From Candidatus Nanopelagicales bacterium (GTDB taxonomy: Bacteria; Actinomycetota; Actinomycetes; S36-B12), in NCBI GenBank assembly GCA_044375955.1, contig JBILLS010000003.1, forward strand, positions 2,471 to 66,470: DNA of 64,000 nucleotides, written 5' to 3'. A program made the position numbers and the translations under genes. Positions within the stretch are counted from its first letter, which is position 1, and each line of letters begins with the position of its first letter. The notes beneath the pieces were generated by a model, which saw only the letters and a list, made by a program, of their open reading frames with translations, had not been told where the DNA came from and made no database searches. Shown here piece by piece: positions 45,146 through 54,541 of the stretch.

Positions 45146-46741
45146 TCATGGGCCCGAGACGAAAGCGTAGGCATCCTGATACCCGGTGACGACACGTGAC
45201 CACTGACGTTCCTTGATGACCCAGGCACGGCCGGCACGACCTAAGGCTCGGTGGGTATCGATCAGCCGCAGTTCGGCGGCAAGTGCCTCGACGTCACCCG
45301 GTGCCACAAATCGCGCATATCCGCCCGTGGCCTCGCGTAATGCCGGCAGGTCGCTCGCAATGACCAGGCGCTCACGGGCAAGAGCTTCGACAGGCTTGAG
45401 GGGCGTGACCAGTCGGGTGACTCGGTAATCCTCGCGTGGAATGACCACGGCATCTAGGGAGTCATACCAGTCGATCGCCGCGTCCACATCGACGCGATCG
45501 ACCCAGCGAATGGCATCGTGTTCTCCAAAGCGGCGCTTCAACGATGCCAGGGCCGGGCCGGTACCGACGATGACCGCTCCAATATCAATGCCTTCCTCCC
45601 GGCTCATGAGGACCGCGGCCAGTAGGGTGCCGAGTCCTTCGAAGGAATGCACCGTTGTGATGGCGCCAACCAAGGTACGTTCACGTGGTAGCCCGAGAGC
45701 CGCGCGGACCGAGCCACTCTCGCGAGGGGGCGTGAGGAAGCGGTCATTGACGGCATTGGGCACAACCCACACCCGTTCAGCGGCCACTCCTCTCGAGCGA
45801 ATCTCATCGGCCATCGAGGGGCCGAGGGTGATCACGGCATCGGCCGCCATCATCACCTTGGACTCGCGAGCGCGTGCCAAGGCGTACCACTCCGTGCTTG
45901 CAGCCCGCTCGTCACCTCCGTGGCGTGTTGCCCAGGAGTCCTCGAGGAAGCCGCGCACTTCATAGACCATTGGGCAGCCAAGTTCGTGCGCTGCGAAGAG
46001 GGCCGCCCGTCCGTTCACGTGATCGGTGGCCGCGTGCAGAACGTCGGTCTGCTCTTGTCGGGCGAGGTGAGCGAGCCGGCGACCAAACTGTGCCACGTCT
46101 GACCCGTCGGCAGCCAGTAAGCGGTGGTAGCGGACACCCGACACCACTTCGGTGCGGGCGGCCAGGTGGCCCTGCGCAACTGGGAAGCCCAACCGCGTGA
46201 CGGCCTGTGCGTTGATGCCAGCGGCCTGCTGCGCGCGCAGCACCTCCTGGGTGCGGATGGTGTAGCCGGCCTGCACGTGCGGAAGTGAGTTCTTCACCAC
46301 GTGAAGTACCCGCAGGGGCTCACTCGGTGAATCTCGGTGGACCGGCACCGGTCGTGGCGACGCCGGTGTACCTGCTCCGTCGACGAGTTCACGTCTGATG
46401 CGTGCAGCCCGGCGTAGGACCCTTCGAGCACGACGCCGGCCAGAAGACGATGTGGATTCGAGTGCCACGCGGGCCTGGGCCTCGGCCTGTGTGATGTGGC
46501 CTGCGAGCAGGAGCACCGCTGCTAGGAGTGACTCTCGGTTGGGGTCCGAATCGGCGACGTGGTCAAGTAGCTGCTCAGCCTCGGCGAGATCGTCTCGCGC
46601 CACTGCAAGATCAACCAGACCTGCAGTCCCAACCGTCCCTCGCGACAATTGCCCCCGCATGTGAAAACGGATACGATCGGGGTCGCTCATAGTCCGAAGG
46701 AATCCCGCCCATAGGATCCACCGGAGATTGAGCAGTCGCAT
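45146..46741 (-). CDS. Glycosyltransferase (GT4-like) with an N-terminal helical/TPR-like extension
   Basis: GT-B C-terminal pattern with TPLKPVEALA (E-x7-E region); 531 aa. Confidence 0.85.
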   Translation of the reverse strand: MRLLNLRWILWAGFLRTMSDPDRIRFHMRGQLSRGTVGTAGLVDLAVARDDLAEAEQLLDHVADSDPNRESLLAAVLLLAGHITQAEAQARVALESTSSSGRRRARRVLRRAARIRRELVDGAGTPASPRPVPVHRDSPSEPLRVLHVVKNSLPHVQAGYTIRTQEVLRAQQAAGINAQAVTRLGFPVAQGHLAARTEVVSGVRYHRLLAADGSDVAQFGRRLAHLARQEQTDVLHAATDHVNGRAALFAAHELGCPMVYEVRGFLEDSWATRHGGDERAASTEWYALARARESKVMMAADAVITLGPSMADEIRSRGVAAERVWVVPNAVNDRFLTPPRESGSVRAALGLPRERTLVGAITTVHSFEGLGTLLAAVLMSREEGIDIGAVIVGTGPALASLKRRFGEHDAIRWVDRVDVDAAIDWYDSLDAVVIPREDYRVTRLVTPLKPVEALARERLVIASDLPALREATGGYARFVAPGDVEALAAELRLIDTHRALGRAGRAWVIKERQWSRVVTGYQDAYAFVSGP

Positions 46742-46814
46742 GACTCAATGCTACGCACGCAATTGGCTGTCCATTTTTTTGAGCTGTCTGAACCCTTGAG
46801 GCGAGTCGATCACC

Positions 46815-47912
46815 GTGAACTTCCCTGATGTCTTGCACGTGATCGGCGCCCGGCCCAATGTTCCGAAAGCCGCGCCAGTTGTGCGGGCTCTTGCCAATGC
46901 CGGCGCCAGCCAACTGGTGGTGAACACCGGCCAGCACTACGACGACGCACTTTTCGGCTCCATGCTGCGAGCTGTGGGTATGCCAGCTCCTGACATCGAA
47001 CTCAATGTCGGCTCGGGCAGTCATGCCCGGCAGACTGCCGCCGTGCTCACGAGCATCGAGCCCGTTCTGCTCGAGCAGTCGCCGAGCATTGTTGTCGTAT
47101 ATGGCGACGTGAACTCCACTCTCGCAGCAGCACTGGCCGCTGCAAAGCTGCACCTGCCCGTAGCCCATGTGGAATCTGGGCTACGCAGCCACGACTTCGC
47201 GATGCCGGAAGAAGTCAATCGTCGCCTGGTAGATCATCTGAGCACGCTGCTCTTCGTCACGTCCCCCGATGCCTGGGTGAATCTCCGCGCTGAGGGCCTA
47301 GCGGATGGGCGCGCGATCGAGGTGGGTAATCCGATGATCGACTCACTTACATGGGCGCGCGATCTGACTGATCTCGACCAGAGGCGAATCGCACTCGACC
47401 TCCCCGAGGACTTCATCCTCGCGACTATTCACCGTCCCAGCAATGTCGACGATCCCGACCAGGTCGAGGCCGTGTTGGCACTGCTGCGCGAACTCGGCTC
47501 ACTCCTTCCGGTTGTGCTACCCGTGCATCCACGCTCCAGAGTCGCCCTTTCACCCGCGCAGAACTTCCCGGGAGTGCACCTCACGGCACCACTGGAGTAC
47601 CGCGACTTCCTCGCCGCTCTTGCAGGATCCCGAGTAGTTGTCACCGACTCCGGCGGGGTCCAAGAGGAGTCCTCGTTCCTCGGCGTCCCCTGTGTGACGA
47701 TCCGCACCACCACCGAGCGTCCGGTCACGATCACGCACGGAACAAACCGACTCGCCACGTTGGCTGGAGCAGCGGCGGAGGTCGACGCGATCCTGCGCAA
47801 CCCTCGACCCGCGCCTGCGAGTATTCCGCTGTGGGACGGGCATGCAGGGGATCGCATCGCACAGGCGCTACTGGCGTATCTGCGCCGAACCCATGAGTCA
47901 GCACATGTCTGA
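46815..47912 (+). CDS. wecB: UDP-N-acetylglucosamine 2-epimerase (non-hydrolysing)
   Basis: VAHVESGLRS, TIHRPSNVD and TDSGGVQEE motifs. Confidence 0.9.
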   Translation: MNFPDVLHVIGARPNVPKAAPVVRALANAGASQLVVNTGQHYDDALFGSMLRAVGMPAPDIELNVGSGSHARQTAAVLTSIEPVLLEQSPSIVVVYGDVNSTLAAALAAAKLHLPVAHVESGLRSHDFAMPEEVNRRLVDHLSTLLFVTSPDAWVNLRAEGLADGRAIEVGNPMIDSLTWARDLTDLDQRRIALDLPEDFILATIHRPSNVDDPDQVEAVLALLRELGSLLPVVLPVHPRSRVALSPAQNFPGVHLTAPLEYRDFLAALAGSRVVVTDSGGVQEESSFLGVPCVTIRTTTERPVTITHGTNRLATLAGAAAEVDAILRNPRPAPASIPLWDGHAGDRIAQALLAYLRRTHESAHV

Positions 47913-48657
47913 GTCACACATGAACATGACGCCAGGTATGGGTAGCGAGTTTGATGGCCACGAACCTGATGTGACTGACGCACTTGAGGCCGCACATGAG
48001 CGGGCCAAGCGGGCCGAGTTGGCCCTCGCCCGCGCCCAAGGCTCCTTGCCCATGACCGTCGGCCAGCTGGTGATCGATTCCGCCCAGAGCCCCACACGCC
48101 TACTCGCCCTACCCTTCACCCTGTTGCGCATCCGAAAGTCCAGACGCGCTGGGCGGTCACGGCTGGCAGAGCGCTCCGAGCCAGCAGTTGTCATGAGCGG
48201 TCGCGACGCGGGCCTTTCGACCAGCCCAGCCAGAGTGCTGACTCCGCGCCGCACCGTGACGACCGACGACCGACCCTCCATCATCGCGATTGCCCCACCC
48301 GAGGTGATCGATGCTCTTGGCGGTTTCGCCCATGTGAGCCAGGCATGGCCACATGACGCCGTCGAGCTCGTGCGGGTACTTGACCCTGACGGTGTCATCG
48401 TCCATGCGCACGCGGGCCAGCCCGGCACCCCATGGTTTCCGCTCGGCGAGCCCGGGGAAGCAGTACGCGAGCGCACCCTTCTCGAGATTCGTGCGATGTG
48501 CGAGCGCCTCGGGCGTCCGCTACTCATGGTGACCGACCCTTCGCGCGCTCCTGGTTTGACCGAGTTCGCTCGTGGCTGTGACCGCAGCATCAACGTGTCC
48601 GATGCCACGTCGGCCGAGGGAATCATCGCGGCGCTGATGGGTATTGACCGTGATTGA
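47905..48657 (+). CDS. Hypothetical protein in the glycan locus
   Basis: ORF coupled to wecB (ATG 47905 inside ATGTCTGA; alternatives 47893 and 47842). One amphipathic/hydrophobic segment. No family recognised. Confidence 0.45.
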   Translation: MSESHMNMTPGMGSEFDGHEPDVTDALEAAHERAKRAELALARAQGSLPMTVGQLVIDSAQSPTRLLALPFTLLRIRKSRRAGRSRLAERSEPAVVMSGRDAGLSTSPARVLTPRRTVTTDDRPSIIAIAPPEVIDALGGFAHVSQAWPHDAVELVRVLDPDGVIVHAHAGQPGTPWFPLGEPGEAVRERTLLEIRAMCERLGRPLLMVTDPSRAPGLTEFARGCDRSINVSDATSAEGIIAALMGIDRD

Positions 48658-50818
48658 TCGGACCCTGCGGGCGCTTGTCTACGGCGACGTCAACCTCAAC
48701 TTGATCGACGGATCTGCGGTCTGGCTGACCTCAACGGTCGAGTGCCTCGCAAACGCCGGCGTAGAGGTCACGGTGCTGCTCAAGTCACGCATCGAGACTG
48801 ATCGTCTGCTGTTGCCTCTACACGAACTTGCAAACGTGCACGTTGTCGAGCCAGCCTTCGCCACCATGTCAGCGGCGCAGGCTGCCGATGCCGCAGTGAG
48901 CCACCATGTCGAAAAGCACTTCGACCTCGTAGTGGTGCGCGGCTCTCGAGTGGCCTCGGCCATGGTCGCGACCGGGCAGTTCGAAGGAGTGCTGTGGACC
49001 TACCTGACCGACATCCCCCAGAGTGTTTCGACATTGGATCACGAGCGCCTTGTCGAACTGACGGCAATTGTCCGAGGAAGCCGTCGAGTGCTGTGCCAAA
49101 CACCCGAACTGCGCACATTCGTAGAGGCCGTCGTGCCCGGAGTGCACGGGCGAACCCTGTTGTGGGAGCCGATCATCCCCGATGCGCCACTGCCCGAGGC
49201 CGATGAAGTTCACAGTCGCGATGATCACGATCTTCGGCTCGGGTACGCCGGCAAGTTTGCACCTGCGTGGAACACCGACCTCATGCTCGCACTGCCGGCC
49301 CAGCTTTCTGCGCGGGGAGTTCCAACCCTTCTCGACATGGTTGGCGACAAGATCCATCGAGAGGATCGTGCCTTCGCTCAGCGGATGGACAGTGGACTGC
49401 GCGGTACGCCAGGGGTCACCTGGCACGGCGGCCTTGATCGTAAGTCCACCCTCGCGCTGATGGCTGCGTGCGACGTCGGGCTCTCCTGGCGAGACACCTG
49501 CCTTGATGACTCTCTCGAGTTGTCCACAAAGGCACTGGAATACGCGTCCGTCGGAACGCCGCCGGTTCTCAACCGCACGCCGATGCACGAGCGCGTGTTC
49601 GGCGCGGACTATCCGCTGTTCACCGATCCGACCACGACCGTCGCCGACCTGCTGGCCCGCGTGCATGCCGACCGAGAGCTGCTACGCCGCACAAGCGAAC
49701 GCGCACGAGCGGTAACTGAGCATTACACGATGACAGCGGCGGTCGAGCGGACGCGGCGCATCCTCGCTCGGGCCTTCCCGTCGGCGTCCGCTGTGGGCGG
49801 TCAACCGCTGCGTGTGGTGATCGCCGGGCACGATCTGAAGTTCATGCGAGGAATCGCTGACCTGCTTGCAGCGCGAGCCGACCTCGATGTTCGTATCGAC
49901 GAATGGTCGGCCTTGGCCGTGCACGATGAAGAGCACAGTCGTGCGATGCTCGCCTGGGCAGATGTGGTGATCTGCGAGTGGGTAGGCCCGAACGCCGTCT
50001 GGTACTCCACCCGACTACTGCCCCATCAGCGTTTGATCATGCGCCTGCATCGCTTCGAACTGAATGCGCCCTGGATCCGCGACCTTCAGCCCTCGGCGGT
50101 AACGCGCATTGTGTGCGTGAATGAGCACTACCGACAGCGGACGGTTTCCGAGACCGCATTCGCTAGCGACACGGTCGTGGTCATTCCCAACGCCATTGAC
50201 CGCGACTGGTTCGACCGCCCCGCGGCTCCTGGCGCTGACCGAGTTCTGGGCATGTTGGGAATCGTGCCCTTCCGCAAGCGGCCGGACCGGGCGCTGTCCA
50301 TCCTGCGTGCTGTCAACGAGGGACTGGCTTCCGCTCGCATCCCCGGGCCACCGTTCTTGCTGTCGTTGAAGTCGGCGCTGCCGTGGGAGTTGACCTGGAT
50401 CTGGAACCGACCACAGGAACGCATTGCCTACCGGGCCCTGTTTGACGAAATTGCCCAGGATCCAGCGCTGCGTGGCCGGGTTGTTCTCGACAAGCACGGC
50501 GGTGACGTACCTGCTTGGCTGCAGCGCACCGGCTGGGTCCTGTCGTTATCCGAGGACGAGAGCTTTCATCTGGCCCCCGCTGAAGGCATGGTGGCTGGCG
50601 CGATACCGGCCCTGCTCAACTGGCCAGGAGCAGCGGACGTGTACGACGCTCGGTACGTGCACGCGAACGAGTCCGCCATCGCCCAGCACATCCTTGATGT
50701 CACCGCCGAGGGTTCGTGGGAGCGTCGGAGCAATGAGGTCCGCGCAGACTTCCGCGATGCCTACGACCTTCCGACGGTGGCAGAACAGTGGGCACGCCTC
50801 GTGATGGAGGGGCGATGA
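48644..50818 (+). CDS. Two-module glycosyltransferase (two GT-B-like halves)
   Basis: 724 aa. Both halves show the GT4/GT1 C-terminal pattern (ELSTKALEYASVGTPPV and ESFHLAPAEGMVAGAIP). Confidence 0.75.
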   Translation: MTVIDRTLRALVYGDVNLNLIDGSAVWLTSTVECLANAGVEVTVLLKSRIETDRLLLPLHELANVHVVEPAFATMSAAQAADAAVSHHVEKHFDLVVVRGSRVASAMVATGQFEGVLWTYLTDIPQSVSTLDHERLVELTAIVRGSRRVLCQTPELRTFVEAVVPGVHGRTLLWEPIIPDAPLPEADEVHSRDDHDLRLGYAGKFAPAWNTDLMLALPAQLSARGVPTLLDMVGDKIHREDRAFAQRMDSGLRGTPGVTWHGGLDRKSTLALMAACDVGLSWRDTCLDDSLELSTKALEYASVGTPPVLNRTPMHERVFGADYPLFTDPTTTVADLLARVHADRELLRRTSERARAVTEHYTMTAAVERTRRILARAFPSASAVGGQPLRVVIAGHDLKFMRGIADLLAARADLDVRIDEWSALAVHDEEHSRAMLAWADVVICEWVGPNAVWYSTRLLPHQRLIMRLHRFELNAPWIRDLQPSAVTRIVCVNEHYRQRTVSETAFASDTVVVIPNAIDRDWFDRPAAPGADRVLGMLGIVPFRKRPDRALSILRAVNEGLASARIPGPPFLLSLKSALPWELTWIWNRPQERIAYRALFDEIAQDPALRGRVVLDKHGGDVPAWLQRTGWVLSLSEDESFHLAPAEGMVAGAIPALLNWPGAADVYDARYVHANESAIAQHILDVTAEGSWERRSNEVRADFRDAYDLPTVAEQWARLVMEGR

Positions 50819-51714
50819 CTACTTCGGATCTCGAACAAGCGGTACTGGTTGGTGGCACCGGTCGCAGCGGCACCACGATCGCCGGTCGCGTTCTGAACAA
50901 CCATCCGGCGCTCGCGCTCACCACTCCGGGCGAAGTACGTTTCCTGACGGGTAAAGGGGGGATCATTGAGACCCTCGGACCGGTACTGCCCGGCGGGAGG
51001 CTTGGAGACTCCGATCCCGAGCAGTTTGCTCGGCGGATGCAAGGGCGGTTCTATCGGTGGTCCAAGCCGTCCGGTGCCAAAGAGGGACTGCATCGCAGCG
51101 TCGACGAGGCCGTCCTCGATGCTGCGGTGACGAACTACCTCGACGAGGTGTCGGCCGACCCGGTTGGTGCTAGTCGGCGTCTGATCTTTGCGATCATCCC
51201 CTCCACCCTGAGGTCAAGCGCCGGCAGCCGTTGGGTCGACACCACCCCCTCCAATGTCCAGTCGGTCCGTGCCTTGCATGCACTCCTGCCCGAGGCAAAG
51301 TTCGTACACATGATGCGCGACGGACGTGACGTCGCGGTCTCCTTCGCAAGCAAGCGATTCGGGCCGGGTGATCCACTCGAGGCGCTGGAGAAATGGGGGG
51401 AGAGAATGCTCCGCTCATTCGCCGAGGAGAGCGCGGTTCCCGCAGGCATGGTGATCAGGGTCGACCTCGCCGACTGGGTGGGGCCCGACGGCATCGACTC
51501 GCTCCGCACAGTGTGTGACTTTCTCGGGGCAGACCGCAACGCGGGACTTGAGAACTGGTTCAGTGCGAACGTCACCTCCGATGCGATGCATGGTGGTCGT
51601 TGGCGCCGCGACCTCACCACTGAGACCGCCGAGGCGTTGGACCATCGCTACAGGAACTGGTGCGATCTGCTCACCGAGCGGTATCCGCAGTTCCCTCTGC
51701 CCCGAGCCACGTGA
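50815..51714 (+). CDS. Sulfotransferase (canonical PAPS-dependent type)
   Basis: 5'-PSB loop GGTGRSGTT and 3'-PB motif FVHMMRDGRDVAVS. ATGA overlap with the preceding glycosyltransferase. Confidence 0.8.
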   Translation: MTTSDLEQAVLVGGTGRSGTTIAGRVLNNHPALALTTPGEVRFLTGKGGIIETLGPVLPGGRLGDSDPEQFARRMQGRFYRWSKPSGAKEGLHRSVDEAVLDAAVTNYLDEVSADPVGASRRLIFAIIPSTLRSSAGSRWVDTTPSNVQSVRALHALLPEAKFVHMMRDGRDVAVSFASKRFGPGDPLEALEKWGERMLRSFAEESAVPAGMVIRVDLADWVGPDGIDSLRTVCDFLGADRNAGLENWFSANVTSDAMHGGRWRRDLTTETAEALDHRYRNWCDLLTERYPQFPLPRAT

Positions 51715-53254
51715 GGTTGGCAACCATCCGCGTTGTCAAGCCTCTGTCGGAGCACTGAACATCCCAGGCGCGCTGGGGCGGTCGCTTCTTTCCTTGATAC
51801 GACATCACCGCAACTGCCTTGGCGTCCGTCGCGCGGCCATCAGCCGTGCAGGAAACCTCCACAATGGCCCCGCCAGGCCCCGCCATTCGCCTCACTGTGC
51901 TACTGCCCACATCAGGCAATGGGCTCCACTCGGGACTGAATTGCCAGTGCTGAATCCATTGCTGGTTGACGTCATCAGACCTTGCAACATCCCGTATCCG
52001 CAGACGGTCCACGTCAAACACCACCGTGCGATTCCGCCGGATCTCCCCATTGCTGACGAGCTCGTACGCACTGGCCCCACGCTTGCGTCCTGTCATCGGA
52101 GCATCATTCGATCGACCGACAGCTTCGAGCACCGAGTGGGCTGCGACTCCTCGGCTCCAGGCGAGTGCGGTGGCATCTCTCTTGTCAGCAGTTCCTCGGT
52201 CAGAAAGAACGGGGGTGCCGCGTGTGAACCACGTAATCGATCCCTTGTCCACGTGTCCATGCATTGCGCGCGGCGGTCCGAAACGCAGCGTGTAGTGCAT
52301 ACCCGACTTCGTGTCCGCCGCCCATCCCTCTTCCGGACACCACAGACCCCCACCTGTGGGCTGCTGGCTGTCCCTATTGCCGTTCCCGATCTCCTCGAGG
52401 ACACCATCGGGCCGGACGAGAGCACTTCCTGCTTGGGCAGTCATGTGATGCCGGGGCAGGCCAGCCTCCTTCGCAAGTCTTCCCCAAAGCCGCGTGTTGT
52501 AGAAGTGATAGGCGCTCGACTGCTCACGACTGATACCGCAGTCGGAGAACACGGCGTTGTAGTCGCGCAGGATCCGCTGACGACTCTTCACTGCCCACTC
52601 GGGGTGACCAAAGGTTTCCGCTGCCTTCAGAAGAATCAGATTGGACTGAGCCCCGTGATTGTGGGGCATGTGCAACGGAAGCCCGATGTAACGGCGGTCG
52701 TCTAGCAGCGCGGTTCCCAGGATGTCTGCGGTTGTGACGAAGATCGACGAGGGGGCAACACGGTTCAGGCAGATCATGGTTTTCAAACGGCGCCGGATCT
52801 GACCTTCCGTCCACCCCGAACTCTGACTTTGCACCTTCGTTGCAGTCGGTCCCGGATCAGGGAATGTGCGTGCGAAGAGCGAGACAATCGAAGCCGCAGT
52901 TTCCGGTTGACTCGAAGCAATGGGCATCAGCCACGCAAGCGAATGGAACCACAGTGACTCCTGTGCCGAGTTCGCCCGAAAAGCTCGGAGGCCGGAAGCT
53001 GTCAATGACACCCGCTGTGAGCCCCAGTCGAGCGAGGTCGTGGCCTCGGCCGGATTCCCGGTGAACGTGGCAGCCTGTTGATGCAGCCGTTCACAGGCGC
53101 CCGCGCTTACCGTGTGAGTCGAGAAACCACCTGATGACCGCGTCGCCGAGGAGGCAGGTTCGACACCGCCGGCCACAGGTGAGCCGGCAGTGAGCAGGAA
53201 GACCACCGCCGCAAGAGTCCCGAAATTGAGTCCGTTGCGGGCCCGTCTTGACAT
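51671..53254 (-). CDS. Secreted heparinase II/III-like (alginate-lyase-fold) protein
   Basis: Signal peptide after the ATG at 53254. HMPHNHGAQS, SSAYHFYN and HGHVDKGSITWF match the toroid plus Hepar_II_III C-terminal pattern. Confidence 0.75.
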   Translation of the reverse strand: MSRRARNGLNFGTLAAVVFLLTAGSPVAGGVEPASSATRSSGGFSTHTVSAGACERLHQQAATFTGNPAEATTSLDWGSQRVSLTASGLRAFRANSAQESLWFHSLAWLMPIASSQPETAASIVSLFARTFPDPGPTATKVQSQSSGWTEGQIRRRLKTMICLNRVAPSSIFVTTADILGTALLDDRRYIGLPLHMPHNHGAQSNLILLKAAETFGHPEWAVKSRQRILRDYNAVFSDCGISREQSSAYHFYNTRLWGRLAKEAGLPRHHMTAQAGSALVRPDGVLEEIGNGNRDSQQPTGGGLWCPEEGWAADTKSGMHYTLRFGPPRAMHGHVDKGSITWFTRGTPVLSDRGTADKRDATALAWSRGVAAHSVLEAVGRSNDAPMTGRKRGASAYELVSNGEIRRNRTVVFDVDRLRIRDVARSDDVNQQWIQHWQFSPEWSPLPDVGSSTVRRMAGPGGAIVEVSCTADGRATDAKAVAVMSYQGKKRPPQRAWDVQCSDRGLTTRMVANLTWLGAEGTADTAR

Positions 53255-53272
53255 TGATGCATTATCTACCGC

Positions 53273-54541
53273 GTGGGTGACCCCGTCGTAGCAGTGGTCG
53301 GCCTGGGCTACGTCGGTCTCCCGCTTGCGGCGAGAGCAGTGGAGACCGGGCTTCGCGTGGTAGGTGTTGACATCGACGCCGACCGGGTTGCGGCACTTAC
53401 CGTCGGTCGCTCGCATATCGATGACCTCGCTGATGCCGATGTCCGTGCAATGCTTGACCGCGGGTTTCGTGCCACGACTTCGGTGGGTCCGGAAGATGCC
53501 ATCGATGTATTCGTCATCTGTGTTCCCACGCCTCTCCTACCTGATGGCGGACCGGACTTGAGTGCCGTACGGGCCGCAGGGGCCGCGATCGTACGCGCTC
53601 TGCGGCCAGGAGCACTCGTCGTGCTGGAGTCAACCAGCTACCCAGGAACTACCGAGGATGAACTGAGACCGATTCTCGAGGCTGACGGCCTCGTGGCGGG
53701 TCGGGACTTCGCCCTCGCATTCTCGCCCGAACGCATTGATCCCGGGCGGAAGACCCATGACTATGCCTCGGTGCCCAAGGTTGTCGGCGGCCTTACGCAC
53801 GAGTGCCGCGATGCGGCTGCAGAGTTCTACGGGAGACTCGTCACGACGGTGGTTACCACCCGTGGACTACGCGAGGCCGAGATGGCCAAACTGCTCGAGA
53901 ACACATACCGGCACGTCAACATCGCTCTCGTCAACGAGATGGCGCGCTTTTGTCATGGCCTCGGAATCGATCTGTGGGATGCGATCGATGCTGCTGCAAC
54001 AAAGCCGTTCGGCTTCCAGCGCTTCGATCCGGGCCCAGGTGTTGGTGGTCACTGCATCCCGATCGACCCGAACTACCTCAGCCACTACGTGCAGGAGCAG
54101 ACCGGTGAGCCGTTCAGATTTGTCCACCTTGCGCAGGAGATCAATGCCGCCATGCCTGAGTTCGTCGTGGCGCGAGTACAGCAGCTGTTGCTTGACCGAG
54201 GGATCGCATTGTCGGAGGCTCGGGTTCTGCTGATTGGGGTGACCTACAAGGCCGATGTCGCGGATGATCGTGGGACTCCCGCTCTGCCGATCGCAGTTTC
54301 CTTGGCTGCTGCCGGTGCGCAGGTGATGTTTCACGATCCTCTCCTCCCGAACTGGACCGCCGGCGATGTCCCGCTGGTGGCGGTGCGGCTACTCGATCAG
54401 GCATTCGATGCTTGCGATATCGCCGTACTGCTGCAGGCTCACGGAGTACTTGACCTCGAGATGATCGCCTCGTCTGTGCCGGCCCTACTGGACGCTCGGG
54501 GAGTTGTGCCACGGGGCATTCCCGGGGTTGCGTACCTGTGA
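53273..54541 (+). CDS. wecC: UDP-N-acetyl-D-mannosamine (nucleotide-sugar) dehydrogenase
   Basis: VVGLGYVGLPLA NAD motif and catalytic GGHCIPIDP. Paired with wecB in the same locus. Confidence 0.85.
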   Translation: MGDPVVAVVGLGYVGLPLAARAVETGLRVVGVDIDADRVAALTVGRSHIDDLADADVRAMLDRGFRATTSVGPEDAIDVFVICVPTPLLPDGGPDLSAVRAAGAAIVRALRPGALVVLESTSYPGTTEDELRPILEADGLVAGRDFALAFSPERIDPGRKTHDYASVPKVVGGLTHECRDAAAEFYGRLVTTVVTTRGLREAEMAKLLENTYRHVNIALVNEMARFCHGLGIDLWDAIDAAATKPFGFQRFDPGPGVGGHCIPIDPNYLSHYVQEQTGEPFRFVHLAQEINAAMPEFVVARVQQLLLDRGIALSEARVLLIGVTYKADVADDRGTPALPIAVSLAAAGAQVMFHDPLLPNWTAGDVPLVAVRLLDQAFDACDIAVLLQAHGVLDLEMIASSVPALLDARGVVPRGIPGVAYL

